NCBI RefSeq assembly: GCF_035594765.1
Contig: NC_085841.1
Span: 318,007,402 to 318,071,401, forward strand
Direction: 5' to 3'
Length of the DNA: 64,000 nucleotides
Source: Anolis carolinensis
Taxonomy: Eukaryota
The position numbers were made by a program, and so were the translations under genes. The notes under the pieces are model-generated. The model was not told where the DNA came from and did no database searches. It saw only the letters and a list, made by a program, of their open reading frames with translations. This document shows positions 62,982-64,000 of the stretch, piece by piece (positions within the stretch are counted from its first letter, which is position 1; each line of letters begins with the position of its first letter).

Positions 62982-63245
62982 TTTTTTTTTTCGTGTCAGG
63001 AGCAACCAGAGTTGCTTCTGGAGTGAGAGAATTGGCCGTCTGCAAGGACGTTGCCCAGGGGACGCCCAGATGTTTTGATGTTTTTACCATCCTTGTGGGA
63101 GGCTTCTCTCATGTCCCCGCATGGAGCTGGAGCTGATAGAGGGAGCTCATCCACACTCTCCCCAGGTGGGATTCGAACCTGGCAGCTTTCAGGTCAGCAA
63201 CCCAACCTTCAAGTCACTTAGTCCACTACGCCATCTGGGGGCTCC
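62982..63245 (-). mobile_element. Young tRNA-derived SINE with poly(A) tail, distinct family
   Basis: Minus strand: GGAGCCCC..ATGGCGTAGTGG (A box), GGTTCGAATCCC (B box), ending GCTCCTGACACG(A)11. 12-bp TSD GCCCAGAAGGGT at 62970-62981 and 63246-63257. Confidence 0.9.
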
Positions 63246-63505
63246 GCCCAGAAGGGTGAAAACCTTCAAACATCTCCATAACTTTGCTGGTAATTCCTGC
63301 ATGTATTCAGTTAAAGGAAACTAAATGAATATAGTAAGGACATTTAAAAAGACTTTGGGAGATTACTGTAACTCAGCAACAAAGCACATTCATTACATTG
63401 AAACAGACCCAGGTTCTGTCCTTAGCATCTACAGTTAAACTGGGAAAAGCTCCCCCCTCTCTCTATCTTTCTCAGAAAAATCCATCCTGTGGCTTATCGT
63501 GTACT

Positions 63506-63669
63506 NNNNNNNNNNNNNNNNNNNNNNNNNNNNNNNNNNNNNNNNNNNNNNNNNNNNNNNNNNNNNNNNNNNNNNNNNNNNNNNNNNNNNNNNNNNNNNN
63601 NNNNNNNNNNNNNNNNNNNNNNNNNNNNNNNNNNNNNNNNNNNNNNNNNNNNNNNNNNNNNNNNNNNNN
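63506..63669. other. Assembly gap (N run)
   Basis: Seen directly. Confidence 1.
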
Positions 63670-64000
63670 CTAAAAATCTTGGGTTTTACAGTTGACTGCA
63701 ATTTTGATGCCATTCGTTCCATTTAATACATTTGAAAATACCATACCTCCAATTAGAAAATGTATAGGATGGAAATATTACTTCATTTACAAATATTACT
63801 AACAAAATTTATTTCAAATCAAGATATTTATGTTTCTACAATATAAATATGGTGAAGGTAGGCAATTATAAAAATTTCTACAAATGTTAATAACTGCTTT
63901 TTATTTAAATGATACTGAGATGATGCTATTAATAAATCCTTATCTGTTTTCCTGATTTATTAAGAGGGCAAATCTTTTCCTGTTCAGGTTAATTTTACAA

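Noticed and set aside
63170-63245. tRNA gene (A and B boxes)
   Set aside because: Part of a SINE with a poly(A) tail and 12-bp TSD; no cloverleaf evident.
63398-63726. ORFs spanning the N run
   Set aside because: Artefacts of the assembly gap.

Overview
Vertebrate nuclear DNA, almost certainly a squamate reptile (Anolis-type repeats: Sauria SINEs, RTE/BovB, CR1, L2, R4/Dong, Penelope, Helitron, and many Tc1-mariner, hAT and Harbinger MITEs). It is AT-rich intronic or intergenic sequence, and I cannot recognise a host protein-coding exon. The main feature is a young, nearly intact Ty3/Gypsy LTR retrotransposon (55927-62222). It has 326-bp LTRs with 3 differences, a 6-bp TSD, a single gag-pol frame, no tRNA primer site but a Tf1-type self-priming site, and no chromodomain. 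Its integrase is interrupted by a solo LTR of another family. The most unusual signal is that three separate solo LTRs (about 24913-25537, 38546-39424 and 60103-61078) each open with a 91-113 codon U3 ORF. These ORFs share an acidic body and an identically spaced C-terminal motif F-x-R-[RH]-x13-RRS-x-[RC]-[LI], which resembles arginine-anchor nucleosome-binding motifs such as HMGN RRSARL. This is a candidate LTR-encoded chromatin-tethering peptide. Other points of note: a Penelope foldback with hammerhead-ribozyme motifs on both strands, a Dong/R4 element in a (TAA)n tract next to an empty paralogous site, a Helitron carrying a SINE, and several nested insertions. There is an assembly gap at 63506-63669. 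Family names come from recognised motifs and structure, not database searches.
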